DNA of 64,000 bases from the human T2T-CHM13v2.0 reference genome, Homo sapiens, in assembly GCF_009914755.1 (NCBI RefSeq), contig NC_060926.1; one strand, given 5' to 3'. The position numbers and the translations under genes were made by a program. Under the pieces are notes generated by a model. That model saw only the letters and a list, made by a program, of their open reading frames with translations. It ran no database searches and had not been told where the DNA came from. This document shows positions 44,215-60,106 of this stretch, one piece after another; position 1 is the first letter of the stretch; each line of letters begins with the position of its first letter.

Positions 44215-44397
44215 CTTCAGAACTTCATGAAGAGAATTGCCCAATAACTTAGTTGAGTTGAACCTGTGCCATTTTAGGTACAAGCAGTGAGAAGCAAAAA
44301 AGAAAGGAGGAAAACAGTTACTAACTACTTCTTGAATATTTAACACCCATTTTTAAAAAATTGTGTGATTTGCAATTTTTAGTATTCTTAATGATAT

Positions 44398-44938
44398 TGA
44401 AGGAAATTACAATATTCTACCCCAAAATATATATATTTGACATATTTTGAGATGGCTGAAACAGGACCAGCCAACTTAAGTGACTCTGCAAAGCTGTCTT
44501 TTGTGGGGGAAATTTGCACCTGTAGATATTCTTGCATTGATGCAGCCAGTCCTTCGATTTTCTGAATCTAAAAATAATAAGTGAGAGTCTGATACATATA
44601 AAGGTCTGAAAGAAATATTTAGCATCTATTTTCTCTGAAAGCTGCTACCTGTGAGGTTTTATTTACATAACAAGAATGTTTTTGCTAGCAAGGCCACATC
44701 TTCTCTCCCTTCTGTAACCTAGTCTGACATGATCCAAATCCCTATTCTTTCTGTAACCTCAAGATGGTTTTGCAAGTTTCTGTGTCCCATTAGTGGGTTG
44801 AGTAATCATTTAGTGATGCTTCCCATGTACATATTAATACAATTTGTATGCCTTTTTGCTAATTAATCTGTCTTTTGTGAGTTAATTTTTCAGCAAACTT
44901 TCAGAGGATGAAAGGGAAGTTTTCCTTTGGTCGCTACA
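44398..44938 (+). mobile_element. MER4-group LTR (MER34/MER39-like)
   Basis: tgaagg...ctaccccaaaatat...ttttgagatggc...agggaagttttcctttggtcgctaca, with TG...CA ends. Confidence 0.6.
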
Positions 44939-45466
44939 ATGTATTTCTGAAAGTCTCTATACCAAAAATTAAACTTTTCATTTGATTTTGGGTGTGTGTT
45001 CTGTTTTTGAAGTTTAATATCATATTTTATTCACTAAAATATTTTAAGAAATAATTATAGAAGTTCAAATATTTTCAAATATAAAAAGACAGCTTAAAAT
45101 AATTGTTCTAAATCATTCTATAAGGCGAACATTACCTTTTACCACAACTAGACAAAGATACAGCTAAGAAAACTATTGACCAATATCCCTGATGAACATA
45201 GATGCAAAATTTCTCTAAAAAAAAAAGAACTAGCAAACCAAATTCAAGAACACAGTAAAAGGATCATTCACCATGATCAAGTGGCATTCATCACAGGGAT
45301 GCAATAATGGTTATGCATGCACAGATTAATACATTTTATACATCACAGCAACAGAATCAAGGTCAAAAACCATATTATCATTTCAATAAAGCATAAAAAT
45401 GTCATTCAATAAATTTCAACCTGCCTTCATAATAAAAAATTTCAACAAATTGGGTATAGAAGGAAC

Positions 45467-46331
45467 TTTAAACCAAAATTAAATTCTAAGCCCTCCAGCT
45501 GACTGAATAAAAACTCCTCTTTGCCTAGGGAACCCAAAGAAACCTGGAAATATAGTTCAGGCCATGACAGGGAAGTGGAGGATCAGACATGCCCTATCAT
45601 TCTCTACTTTCTTTAGGTTCAAACACAAATTACCAGCATTAACATTAAAACAAAGATGTTAAGGCTGACCAAACAGACTCTTTGTAACAATCACTTACCA
45701 AATTATAACCTGATTCTAGTATAATATCACGATAGATAAAAAAAAGAAATCAAAATATTTTACACCAAAACATGTTTCTTTGCCATATTTTGAAATGGCC
45801 CTGAAAAGTTGTCTTTAGTGGAGAAAAATTTACATCTGCAAAGAATGTCTGTTAACATAGCTCTTTCTCCTTTGAAGCCCTCCCAATTCTAAAGATGTTA
45901 ACTGAGAATCTAGCACCTTGGAGAAATCTAAATAGGAAACATTTGCCATCTATAGTCTCTAAGGGCAGCCAACTCTGAGACTTCATCTACATAATAAGAA
46001 AGTTGGTTTCTACAACCACTTGTCTTAACCTAGACCCACCTTTCTGTTGATTCCAGGTGTTGGGTAACAACTCTTCCTACAAATTGCCAATCAGAAAATC
46101 TTTGAATCCACTTATGACATGTAACCCTTGCTTTGAGTTGTCCTATCTTTCTGAACCAAATTAATGTATAATTTATATGAATTGATTGATGTCTTACGTC
46201 TCCCTAAAATATATGAAACAAAGTTGTAACCCAAACACCTTCGATACATGTTCTCAGGACCTCCTGAGAATGTGATTTGGGCCCTGGTCACTCATAGTTG
46301 ACTCAGTATAAAACTCTCTAAATAATTGGCA
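45467..46331 (+). mobile_element. MER4-family (D/E-like) LTR
   Basis: taaaccaaaattaaattctaagccctccagctgactgaat...gttcaggccatgacagggaag...gagtttgttttcttcatcaa. Confidence 0.72.
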
Positions 46332-49205
46332 GAGTTTGTTTTCTTCATCAAATGAAGACACATCACACAATAAAGGGCATATATGACAATCCCACAGTTA
46401 ATATACTGAATGGAAAATAAAAATTGAAAACTAAGATCTGAAGCAAACCAAAGATATCCACTTTCATTACTTTTAGACCATATAGTACTAGAAATTCTAG
46501 TTAGAGCAATTAGTCAAGAAAAAGAAATAAAGGGCATCCAAATTGGAAAGGAAGAAGTCAAATTATCCTTATTTGTAGATGACATGATCTCAAATTTTGA
46601 AAAATCTAAAGATTCCAAGAAACTCTGAGAACAATAAGAAAATTGAACAAAGTTTCAGGATATGAAATTAACATACAATAATCAGTAGCATTTTTATATA
46701 TCAACAATGGACAATCTAAAATAGAAATCAAGAAAGCAATTTCATATACAATAGCCACACACACAAAAAAATAAGAATAAATTTAACAAAGAAGTGAAAG
46801 ATCTCTACAAAGAAAACTAACTGTAAAACACTGGCAAAGAAATTAAAGGAGGCACAAGAAAATAAAAAAGTATCTCTTGCTCATGGATTAGAATAATTAC
46901 TAATGAACGTCTATACTACCCACAGCAACTTACAGATTCAATGCAATCCCAATCAAAATGTTAATGACAGTGGAGGAACCAAGATAGCTGACTAGAAGCA
47001 GCTGGTGTGTGCCACACTTAGAGAAGAAAGAACAGTGAGTAAATACCAGTTTTTCCACTGGAACATTCAAGCACACACATTAGAATTCATCAAGGAAACA
47101 ACTTGATTCACAGATAACAGAAAGGAGCATGACATGGAGCCCAGGGAGGCTCCCCCACCATGGGGAAATGGTGCGTGAAAGTCTGAGGAGAACCACATGT
47201 CTGCCACAGACCTTTGCAACTCTGGGCCCAGGAGATTCCTCCATTTGCTCCCCACTCCCTACTGGAGCCTCCAGACTAACATGAAGAGCTACATAGAGTC
47301 TGGGCAGAGCCATCACTCAGGCATACATGAAGTCCCAGGAGCCTTGTATATCATAATGCTGGGCATCCTGGCATCAGCAACTACAGCTCCAGCAATGGAG
47401 GAGGTCAGGCTCTCTTGCATGTCCCCAGGAAAGGGGATGAATCCAGAGGGCTGCACAGTAGCAAATGCAGGCCTAGCCTCCACTGCACCTTGCAAGTGGC
47501 CTAGGACCCTAGTGTAGCCACACCAGCCATACCTGGGCTCTTTGGCCAGCAGCAGCTCTGTACTTCTTTGGAACAGAGCTCCTAGTGGGAGAGGCAGGCC
47601 CCCATTTTTGCTACCCCAGTCCTCACAGCTGTTGTCCTCAGGCTCTGGAGGGATCACAGTGATTAGGGACTTTGGCAGACCCCTAGCGTAGAGAAGCTGT
47701 CTCAAGGAAAAGGAGCCAGACCGTTCTCCACATGGGCTCCTGTTCCTGTTTTTCCTTACTGAGTGGGACATCCCAACCTAGGACTCCACCACAACTACGC
47801 TGCCCCTGCCTGAACACTTCAGTCAGAGGTCGCTCTGCATTTTTTTGAAAATCCCAGGAACAGCCTGTAGACCCCTCTGCCATTGCAGCTTCAGTGGAAT
47901 CACCCTGACCGCCCTTGGGCTGAGGAAGCAAAAAAGGGCCTGGTCGCTATGCTGACATCTCCAGCAAACTACAGCCACCACACAGAGAGGAACCCAATCT
48001 CTGTTTCCTGTAAGCCCTTGATCTCTACTGTTCACCAGGCAGGGGCCACTGCTTGGGACCACACAGCAGCTGCCCCACCTCTGGCTGAGGATATTCACTG
48101 GTCGTGGCTACAGAGCAGCCCTTTGGCCACTACCATGGTGGTCTGAGCAGGCTGGGGAAGAAACAAAGAGCCTGAAGGCTTCACTCACACTCATGACTGT
48201 AGCATGCCACAGTCACCATATGGAGAGTTGCCCAGTCTTTTCCCCTCTGAGCCCTCCAACCCCTGTTCTTCGTCAAGCTTGGGCCAGCAGCACAGACACC
48301 CCACCCCCTGGCTGAGCATTTCCAGTAGCAGAGGATCTGAGTTTCTCTGAGGTAGAGTTCTCAGAAGCAACCAAAAGCCCCTCTGCCACTGCCATAGCAG
48401 AGGTACTGTCCTTGTTGCCCAGGAACTGGGAAAGGAACAAAGACTCTGAGCACTTTAAACACAACTCCAGCATGCTGCAGTTGCCCTACAGAGAAGAGAC
48501 CAATATGTCTCCCCTGTAAACTCCTCACCTCCCACTCATAACCAAGGATGCCCCACCCCTGACTTGGGTGCAGAGTGTACAGCTCCACCCCAGGCCAATC
48601 ACACTGATTAGTAGCGGTTCTGCATATCTCTGGGGTGGAGCCCCAGGAGACCAGTGAAAGGCCCTGTGATGCAACCACTGATAATGTCCCTTCCCCTGCT
48701 GCCTCTAAGTTGGGTAGGAAATATGAAGCCTGAGTTTATCTCAGAGCTGCACACTGCAGCCCAGGACTGTCAAGCTGAGACCTGCAGACAGCACATTAGC
48801 AAAAAAGGAACCCACACTTTCATAGTACTGAGAAGGTGCACGACTGAAATCATGAAGAAATACAGAGGAGCCATGAGGTTGAACGAGAGCCTACTTACAG
48901 GCCATTATACTTAAGTGCCATCTACTGGATCACTGCCCAAACTTCAACACCAAAAATACTTTCCTAATACACCCACCTATGAAATTAAAGACAATAATTC
49001 AGTTAAAAATAAAAGCCCTGCACAAAGCCTAGGCCCTCTGAAAACATCCAGAAGACAGACTACTGACTACTCAAATTACACAGCAGGTAAAGAAGCATCA
49101 GCTCACAGAGATGAGAAAGAACCAGCACAAGAATACTGGCAACCCAAACAGCCAGAATGTCTTCTTTTCTGTCTAAACGATGGCAGTAGTGCCCCAGCAA
49201 GGGTT

Positions 49206-49525
49206 TTTTTGTTTGTGTTTTTTGTTTTTTTTTTCAAGACAGGGTTTCACTCTGTCGCTCAAGCAGGAATGCAATGTCACAGTCACAGCTCACTGCTGCC
49301 TCAGCCTCCCTGGGCTCAGGTGATCTTCCCACCTCAGCCTCCCAAGTAGCTGAGACTAAAGGTGTGTGCCACCATACCTGGCTAATTTTTGTATATTTTG
49401 TATAGACAGGGTTTTGACATGTTGCCCAGACCAGTCTTGAACTCCTTGGCTCAAGAAAACCACATGACTTGGCCTCAGCCTCCCACAGTGCTAGGATTAC
49501 AGGTGTGAGCCACTGCGTACAGCCA
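49206..49525 (-). mobile_element. AluJ
   Basis: aagacagggtttcactc...ctgggctcaggtgatcttccc. aagggtt occurs on both flanks. Confidence 0.85.
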
Positions 49526-49702
49526 GAAAGGGTTCTTAAGCAGGCTGAAATGGCTGAAATGAAAGAAATACAATTCAGAATATGGAAAGGAATGAAGATC
49601 ATTGAGATTCAGGAGAAAGCTGAAAACCAATGCAAGGCATTTAAGGATTACAATAAAGTGATACAGGAACTGATAGACAAAATTGCCATTATAAGAAAGA
49701 AG

Positions 49703-50019
<317 letters not shown>

Positions 50020-53000
50020 CTACAAGAGTTTTATAATTCAGTCACAAGTATTAATAGCAGAATAGACCAAGCTGAGAAAAGAACCTCTGATCTGGTTCTC
50101 TGAATTAACACACTCAGATTTAAAAAAAAAAGAGAAGAAAGAATGGAAAAAATCCTCTGAGAAATATGCAATTATGTAAAGAGACTGAGTTTACAACTCA
50201 CTGTCATCACTGAAAAAGATGAGGAGAAAGTAAGGAACTTGGAAAACATGTTTGAGAATACTGTGTATGAAAATTTCCCCAAACTGACTAGAGAGGCCAC
50301 CATTCAATTTCAGGAAATGCAGAGAACCTCTGCAAAAATTACACAAGAAGACCATCTCCAAGCCACATAGGCAAAAACTCTCCAAGGCTGAAATGAAAGA
50401 AGCAATGTTAAAGGCATCTAGTGAAAAGGGGCAGGTCACCCACAAAGAGGACCTCATCAAGTAAACAGTGGATATTTCAGGAGAGACCCTAAATGCCAGA
50501 AAAAAATTGGGGCCTATATTCAGCATTCTTAAAACAAAAAAAAAAAATTCTAACCAAGAGTTTCATATTCACCCAAACTAAGCTTCATAAGTGAAGGAAA
50601 AATAATATCATTTTCAGACAAGCAAATGCTAAGGGATTTTGTTACCACCGGATTTGGCATACAAGAGGTTCTGAAGGAAGTGCTAACCATGGAAAGGAAA
50701 GATAGTGACCAGCAACTACAAAAACACACTTAAGTACAAAGACCAGCGACACTATAAAGTAATTGTACAAACGAGTCTGCATAATAACCAGCTAACAACA
50801 TGAAAACAGGAACAAACCTGTACATATCAATATTAACTTCTATTGTAAATGAGCTAAATGCCCCAATTAAAAGGCACAAAGTTTCAAGTTGGATAAAGAA
50901 GAAAGAAGCAATGGTATGCTGTTTACAAGAGACCTATCTCACACATAGGCTAAAGTAAAGGGATGGAGAACAATCTACCAAGCAAATGGTAAAACACAAA
51001 AAAAAGCAGGAGTTGCTATCCTAATTTTAGACAAAATGGACTTCAAACCAACAAAGATCATAAAAGACAAAGAAGGGTATTACATGATGGTAAACAGCTT
51101 GATTAAACAAGCAGATTTAACTATCCTAAACATATACTCACCCAACACAAGAGCACTCAGATTCATACAGCGAGTTCTTAAAGACCCATGAAGACACTTA
51201 GATAATTACACAATAACAGTGGAAAATTTATACACCCCACTAACAGTATTAGACAGATCACTGAGACAGAAAACTAAGAAAAAGATTCAGGACCTGAAAT
51301 CCACACTTGACTAAATTGATCTAATAGATATCTACAGAATACTCCACCCCAAAACAATAGAATATACATTCTTCTCATCTGCAAATGGCATGTACTCTAA
51401 AATTGATCATACAATTGGAAATAAAACAATCCTCAGTGAATTAAAAAAAGCAAAATCATACCAATCACACTCTCAGATCACAGAGAAATACAAATAGAAA
51501 TTGATACTAAGAAAATCACTCAGAACTACACAATTACGTGGAAATTAACCTGTTTCTGAATTACTATTAGGTAACTAATAAAATTAAAGCTGAAATCAAG
51601 AAATTCTTTGAAATTAGTGAGAACAAAGATACAAAATACTAGAATTTTTAGAACACAGCTAAGGCAGTGTTTAGAGGGAATTTTATATCACTGAATGTCC
51701 AGATTAAAAAGGTAGAAACATCTCAATTAACAATCTAAAACTGCAGTCACAGAAACTAGAGAAACAAGAACAAAAAAAGCCCAAAGCTAGCAGAAAATAA
51801 GAAATAACCAAAATCAAGCTGAACTGAAGAAAATTGAGATTAAAAAACATAAAAAGAATGAATGTAGGAGATGGTATTTTGAAAAAAATAAAAAGACCAA
51901 AAGACCACTACCAAGACTTATAAAGAAAAACTGAGAGATGGTTTAAATAAACACAATCAGAAATGACAAAGAGGATGTTATCGCTGACCCCACAGGGGTG
52001 GGGTAAAAAAACCACCTCAGAGCTAACTACAAATACCTCTGTGCACACAAACTAGAAACCCAGGAGAAACAGGTGACTTCCTGGACACATTTAAACTCCC
52101 AGGATTGAACCAGGAATAAATTGAATCCCTGAACAGACCAATTACAAGTTCTGAAGTTAAATTGGTTAAAAAAAAAAAATAAAGGCCTAACAACCAGAAA
52201 AAAAAGTCTAGGACCTGATGGATTCACAGCCAATTTCTATGAGATATATAAAGAAGAGTGGGTACCATTCTCACAGAAACTATTCCAAAAGTTTGAGGAA
52301 GAGGGACTCCTTCCTAACTCATTCTATGAGACCAGCATCATCTTGTTACTAAAAACCGGAAGAGACTCAACAAAAGAAAACTTCAGGCCAACATCCTTGA
52401 TGAACGCAGATGCACAAATCCTCAAGAAAATACTAGCAAACCAAATCGAGCAGCACATCAGAAAGCTAACTCAATACAATCAAGTAGGCTTCATCCATTG
52501 AATGCAAGGCTGGTTGAACATATGCAAATTAGTAAAAAATGATTCATCCTCAAACAGAACTAAAAACAGAAACCACATGATTATCTCAATAGACGCAGAA
52601 AAGGTTTCTGATAAAATTCAACATTCCTTCATGTTAAAAACCCTCAACAAACTAGGCATTGAAGGAACATTCTTCAAAATAATAAGAGCTATCTATGACA
52701 AAATCACAGCCAACATTATACTAAATGGGCAAAAGGTGGAAGCATTCCCTTTGAAAACCAGAGCAAGACAAGGGTGTCTTCTCTCACCACTACTATTCAA
52801 CACAGTAATTGAAATCCTGGCCAGAGAAATCAGGCAAAATAAATAAATAAAAAGCATTTAAATAAGAAGAGAGAAAGTCAAACTATCCCTGTTCACAGAT
52901 GATATGATTTTATACCTAGAAAACCCCATGATCTCTGCCCCAGAGCTCCTTGACCCAATAAAAAAAAACAAAAACCAAACAAACAAACAAGCAAAACAAC

Positions 53001-53304
53001 AACAACAACAACTAAAAAACTTCAGCAAAGTTTCAAGGTACAAAATAAATGGACAAAAATCAGTAGCATTCCTCTACACCAAGAATATCCAAGCTATGAG
53101 CCAAATCAAGAATGTAATTTCATTCACAATTAACACCAGAAGAATGAAATACATAGAAATACAGCTAATCAGAGTTGAAAGATCTCTACAACAAGAATTA
53201 CAAAACACTGCTCAAATAAATTGGAGATGACACACAACATATGGAAAAATATTCCATGTCATGGATTAAAAAAAAACTATTTTATGTGTGTGAGTTTCCT
53301 TTCT

Positions 53305-53609
<305 letters not shown>

Positions 53610-56600
53610 TAAAATGGTCATACATCCAAAAGCAATTTACAGATTCAATGGTATTCCTGTCAAACTACCTATAATATTCTTCACAGACTTAGAAACAACT
53701 GTTTTAAAATTCATATGAAAACAAAGAAGAGCCTAAATAGCCAAGGCAAACCTAAACAAAGAGAACAAAGCTAGAGGCATCACATTACCTGACTTCAAAC
53801 TAACTGCAAGGCTACAGTAACCAAAACAGCATGGTTTTGGCACAAAAACAGACACATAGACCAACGAAGCAGAATACAGAGCTCAGAAATAATGCCACAT
53901 ACTACAACCAACTGGCTTTGACAAAGTTTTAAAAAAGAAGCAATGAGGAAAGGAATCCCTATTCAGTAAATGGTCCTTTGCTATCTGTCTAGCCATATGC
54001 TGAAGATTGAAACTGGTCCCTTTCCTTATACCATATACAAAAATCAACTGAAGAAGGATTTAAAGAATTAAATGTAAAACCTAAAGCTATAAAAACTCTG
54101 GAAGACAAATTAGGCAATATTATTCTGGACAAAAGACCTGGCAAAAATTTCATGACAAAAATGCCAACAGCAATTGCAACAAAAATAAAAATTGATGAAT
54201 GGGACCTAATTAAACTAAAGAGCTTCTGCACGACAAAAGAAACTACCAACAGAGTAAACAGACAAACTACCAAATGGGAGAAAATATTTGTAAACTATGC
54301 ATCCAATAAAGGTCTAATGTCTAGAAGCTAGAAGGAATTTAAACAAATTAACAAGCAAAAACCAAACAATTACATTAAAATGTGGACAAAGAACATGAAC
54401 AGATACTTTTCAAAAGAAGACAGACACATGCCCAACAAGCATATGAAAAAAATGCTCAAAATCACTAATCATTAGAGAAATGCAAATCAAAACCACAATG
54501 AGATATTATCACAATCAGAATGGCTACTATTCATACCAGTCAGAATGGCTACTACTAAGAAGTCAAAAAATAACATGTGCTAGCAAGGTTACTGGTAAAC
54601 AAGAACTCTTATACACTGCTAATGGAAATGTGAGATAGCTCAGCCATTGTGGAAAGCAATGTGATTATTCCTTAAAGAAGTTAAAACAGAATTACCATTT
54701 AACTCAGCAATCCTATTATTGGGTATATACCTAAAGGAATATAAATCATTCTACTATAAAAACACATGCATATGTGTGTTTATTACAGCACTATTCACAA
54801 TAGCAAATGCATGAAATCAACCTAAATGCCCATCAGTGACAGACTGGATAAAGAAAATATGGTACATATACATCATGGAATGCAATGCAGCAATATAAAA
54901 GAAAGAGAATGTCCTTTGCAGCAACATGAATGAAGCTAAATGATAATATAAAAAGCAAACTCATGTAGAAACAGGAAAACAAATACTGAAATTTCTCACT
55001 TATAAGTGGGAGCTGAACAACGAGAACACATGGACTCAAAGAGGGGGTCAATAGATACCAGGGATTTACTTGAGTGTGGAGGGTGGGAAAAGAGAGAGGA
55101 TCAAAAATCTATCTGTTGAGTGCTATGCTTATTACCTAGGTGATGAGATAATCTGAACACCAAACCCCCGAGACATGCAGTTTACCTGTATAACAAACCT
55201 ACACATGTTCCCTGAACCTAAAATAAAAGTTAAAAAATATTTTAAAAAGAATAAAGCTGGAAGCATTATACTACCTGAATTCAAAATATACTACAAAGCT
55301 ATGATTACCAAAACAACATGGTACTGGCATCCAAACAGACACATAGACCAACAGAATTGAAAGGAGAACTCAAAAATAAATTGAAATATTTACAGCCAAC
55401 TCATTTTTGACAAAGTTACCAAGAATGTAACACTGGGTATATGATAGTGTGTTCAATAAATGGTGCTGGATAGACTAAATATCCATATGCAGAAGAATAA
55501 AACTAGACTACTATCTCTCATCATATAAAAAAATCAAATAAAATCTATTAAAAACTTGCATGTAAGATCTGAAACCTTGAAACTACAGGAAGAAAACATT
55601 GGAGAAATGCTTCAGAACGTGGGTCTAGACAAAGACCTATTGTGTAACACCTCAAAAGCACAGACAGCAAAAGTATAATTGGTAAGTGAGATTATATACA
55701 TCTAAAAACTTGTGCACAACAAAGGAAACAATCGACAGAGTGAAGAGAGAACCTATGGAATTAAAGAAAATACTTGCAAACTCTCCATCTGAGAAGGCAA
55801 TAATACCCAACAGAATGAATCAGTAACTCAATAGCAAAACCACAAATAATCTGATTAAAAAATGTGCAAATCATCTGAAGAGTCATTTCTCCAAAGAAGA
55901 TATGTAAGTGGCTAACGGGTATATAAAAAATACTCAAAATAATTAATCATCAGGGAAATGCAAATCAAAACTACAATGAGATATCATCTCATCCCAGTTA
56001 GAAGACAAAAAAATAGACAACTGTGTCAAGAATGTGGAGAACACTGTTGTGTTGTACACTGTTGATGGAAATGTAAAGCAGTACAGCCATTATGGAAAAA
56101 AGTATGTAGATTCCTAAAAAAACTAAAAATAGAACTACCGTTTGATGTAGCAATCCCACTGCTGGATATACAAACAAAAGAAAGGAAATCGGTATATCAA
56201 AGAGATATTTGCACTGTTGCAGCAGCACTATTCACGCTAGCCATGGTATGAAATCACCTTAAGCATCCATCAATGAATGAATGGGTAAATCAAATGTGGT
56301 ATATATACACAATGAAATATTATTCAGCTATAAAGAAGAATGAAATCCTGTCAGTGGCAGCAACATGAATGGAACTTGAAGTCCATTCTATGAATATACC
56401 AAGATACCACAGGTACACCCGAAATATGTACAACTGTGATATTTCAATAAAAAGTACAATAAAAGAGACAGTTCTAATAAAAAAGTCAGGTATAAATCAT
56501 TAAAAATAAGACAATGCAATGGCCTCAAGGTAGTTAGGTAATAACATTACTTATAGCTTTCTCAAATATAAGGAAAGTTACTTTGTTATTAATAATTTTA

Positions 56601-56776
56601 TTAAAAATATTTACATCTATAGGGAATTATCAATATAGGGAATATGGGGAATTCTCAACATGTCTAAAGTTCACAGAACACATTTATGAAGCACAATTTG
56701 ATTCTAAAACAAAAGCGTGTGCATACACATATATATGCAAACCTGGGAACTATATATGTAAATATGTTTAGTTTTT

Positions 56777-57077
<301 letters not shown>

Positions 57078-58134
57078 TAAATATGTTTAGTTTTTAAATG
57101 TGTTAGATTACTTTTGGATTTGATTATCATGTTTTACATTTCTAAATTATGAAGCATTTGATATTTACAAGTTGTTTATTAGTATGATAGAAAACATATA
57201 TCAATCTACCACTTAAACCAAGAAATATAACATCGCACTTCTAAAATATTTATTCTTACTTGTTTATGTTGCTTAAAATTATAACTGACACTACTACTTT
57301 TTGTAGTAATAACTATTTCTTTCTGGTATTTTCCATGTTTTCATTTTCAATAATTTTGGTAATATTTTTAAGTGTTCTTATTGCAAATGCCCTAGAGCTG
57401 TTTTTCCCCAAAATCTAATCTGAGAATTTATGTCTTTTGTAGGGAAATTAAACACATTGCATTTAATATAAAAATAGACTCAATTTAAACTTACCTATAT
57501 ATATTATTGAATTCTTTTTTATGACTCCTTTCTTGTATCCTACATATTACTTTGTGGATTTAGTTTTATTTTGCTGACTGATTTTATTTTGTTTTCTTTC
57601 AGATGTGTTCTACAAGTGTTAAAATTCTTCAGTATTTAAATCATTGAGCATAATTTTATTTTTTCCTGTTTGGATGATATTTTGACCGTTTGTAGATTTG
57701 AAATTCAAAATGATTTTTTTTCTGCAAAAAAAAAAAAAGATTTTGCTCTGTAGTCCTCTTAAACCCCGTTTTGCCAATATGTTAGCTAATAAAAATCTGT
57801 TTATTTGTTGTTAGGAGCTATTTTTCTGTTTTTATTAATTATTGGTATATCTTTGACATTGTAAATTTATTGCAACATATCAACAAGATGTTCTTTTTGT
57901 TTTTCTGCTTTTTGTTACAGGTATGTTTATTTGCTTCATTTCCAGAAAATATTTTCCTATTATTTAATAGATTATCCAGTCTCTCTTCGTTTATTACTCT
58001 GAAATATTAGACAAATCTTGAAACTTGTGTTTAATTTGATGATGAAAAAAGTTACTTTAAACTAAGATTATGTAATAACCATGAACCTGTTATATCCTAA
58101 AAATCAGGTTTCAAAATATATAATGGTTAACAAA

Positions 58135-59441
58135 TGCTACTTCACAAAAATTAACTCAAAATGGATCATACACTTAAATGTAAAACACGGAACTACAAAA
58201 TCATAGAATATAACATAGGAGAAAATCTAGATTTGGTGAGATTTTTAATACAACACCAAGATATGATCTAGGAAAGAAATAATCGATAAGCTGTACTTTA
58301 TTAAAATTAAATTTTTCTGCTTTATGAAAGACACTGTCAAAGGAATAAGAAGACAAGACACTGAGAGAATATATTTGCAAAATATATGTCTGATAAAAAC
58401 TGTTATCCAAAATAAACAAAAATTTGTTCAAAAGCAACAATAAAAAAATAAGTTGATTAAAAAAATGTGCAAAACACCCAAACATATATCTCACCAAAGA
58501 AGATATACATTTGGCAAATAAGCATAAGAAAATCTCACATCATGTGTCATTAGGGAAATGCAAATTAAAACAATGAGGTACCTCTACAATGTACCTGTTA
58601 GGATCACCAAAATGCAAAACACTGGAAACACCAAATGCTGGCAAGGATGTGGAACAAGAACTATCACACAATGTTGGTGGAAATGCAAATTGTGTAGCCA
58701 CTTCGGAAGACAGTTCGGCAGTTTCTTCGAAAGCTGAAGATACTCTTAGCATATGGCCCATGAATTGTACCTCTTGGAATTTACCTAAATGAGTTCAAAA
58801 CTTATGTTCACACAAAAACCTGTACATTGATGTTCATAGCAGCTTTATTCATGGTTGTCAAAACTTGGAAGCAGCCAAGACGTCCTTCAGTAAGTGAATA
58901 GTAAAATAAATTGTCGTACCTTTAAACTACAGAATATTTTTTCAGCATTAAATAGAAATGCCCTATCAATCCATGAAAAGACAAACAATCCTTAAATATA
59001 TATTATTAAGTGAAAAAAGCCAACCTGAAAAAGCTACATAATATATGATTTCAACTATAGGGTCATTCTGAAAAAGGCAAAACTATGGAGACCATATACA
59101 GATCAATGGTTGCCTAGTGTTAATGGAAAGGGAAGGCTGACTTGGTGGATTACAGAGATTTTTAGGACAGTGGAACTATTCTGTATGATACTATGATGGT
59201 GGATACATGTCATTCCAAACACATAGAATGTACAACGTCAAGAGTGAAGCCTAATGTAAACTATGGTATTTGGTGATGATGATGTATTGTCAATGTAATA
59301 AATGTACCACTGTGGCACTGGATGTAGGTGGTGGGAGAGGCCGTGCATGCACGTGTGGGACAGGCGGGGGCTATACTGCAAATCCCTGAACCTTCTGCTC
59401 ACTTTTGCTGTAAACCTAAAACTGCTCTAAAAATAAATCCT
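58135..59441 (+). mobile_element. L1MC-type 3' portion
   Basis: The end of ORF2 and a 3'UTR ending ttttgctgtaaacctaaaactgctctaaaaataaa. Confidence 0.75.
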
Positions 59442-60106
59442 GGAGGACATTTTGAAATACATCCTGGGCCAGAATGGAACTCACTGCCTTCAAGGAAAGG
59501 GCCCAATTTTTGCAGAATTCATCATGAGCTAACTAAAGTGCCCTTGGACCCTCAACAAGCAGCAATGGTAGCTGGGCAGTATTCACTGTGGGCCTTGGGT
59601 GACACTCAAAACCATGCTGACTTCAAGTGTGAACCAGCACATAGCCAGCTGCGGTGCCTATGGGAAGAGACCCCTTCCACTTGGGCAAAGGAGAGAGAAG
59701 AGTAAAGGAAACTTTCTCTTGAGCTTGGGTTAACAGCTCAGCCACACTGGCGTCTTCGCTCCTTGATGACATTTCTGGACCTGTCCTGGGACAGAGGAGA
59801 ACCCTGAAAAGAGAGACTTAGTGAGGTAGGAGAATAGGACCTGGAGGCAGAAAACCTAAGGACTTCCTAGAACTCAATCAAATGTTAACAAGTCAGCTAT
59901 GACAGGAAATATCCTCTTCATTTACATAGGGCATACACCAAGTAACCAATGGAAACCTCTAGAGGGTATTTAAACCCCAGAAAATTCTTTAACCACGCTC
60001 TTGAGCTGCTTGCTCAGGCTTGCTCACACCCAGTGGAGTGTGCTTTCATTTTCAATAAATATCTGCTTTTGTTGCTTCAAAAAATAAATAAAAATAAATA
60101 AATAAT
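59442..60106 (+). mobile_element. Retrocopy of a chimeric transcript: L1 5'UTR-like fragment plus MER51-type LTR (U3-R) plus A-rich tail
   Basis: TSD aaataaatcct at 59431-59441 and 60107-60117. The LTR starts tgaggtaggagaatagg at 59822, has AATAAA at 60054-60059 and stops at 60078, followed by an A-rich tail. Confidence 0.72.
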
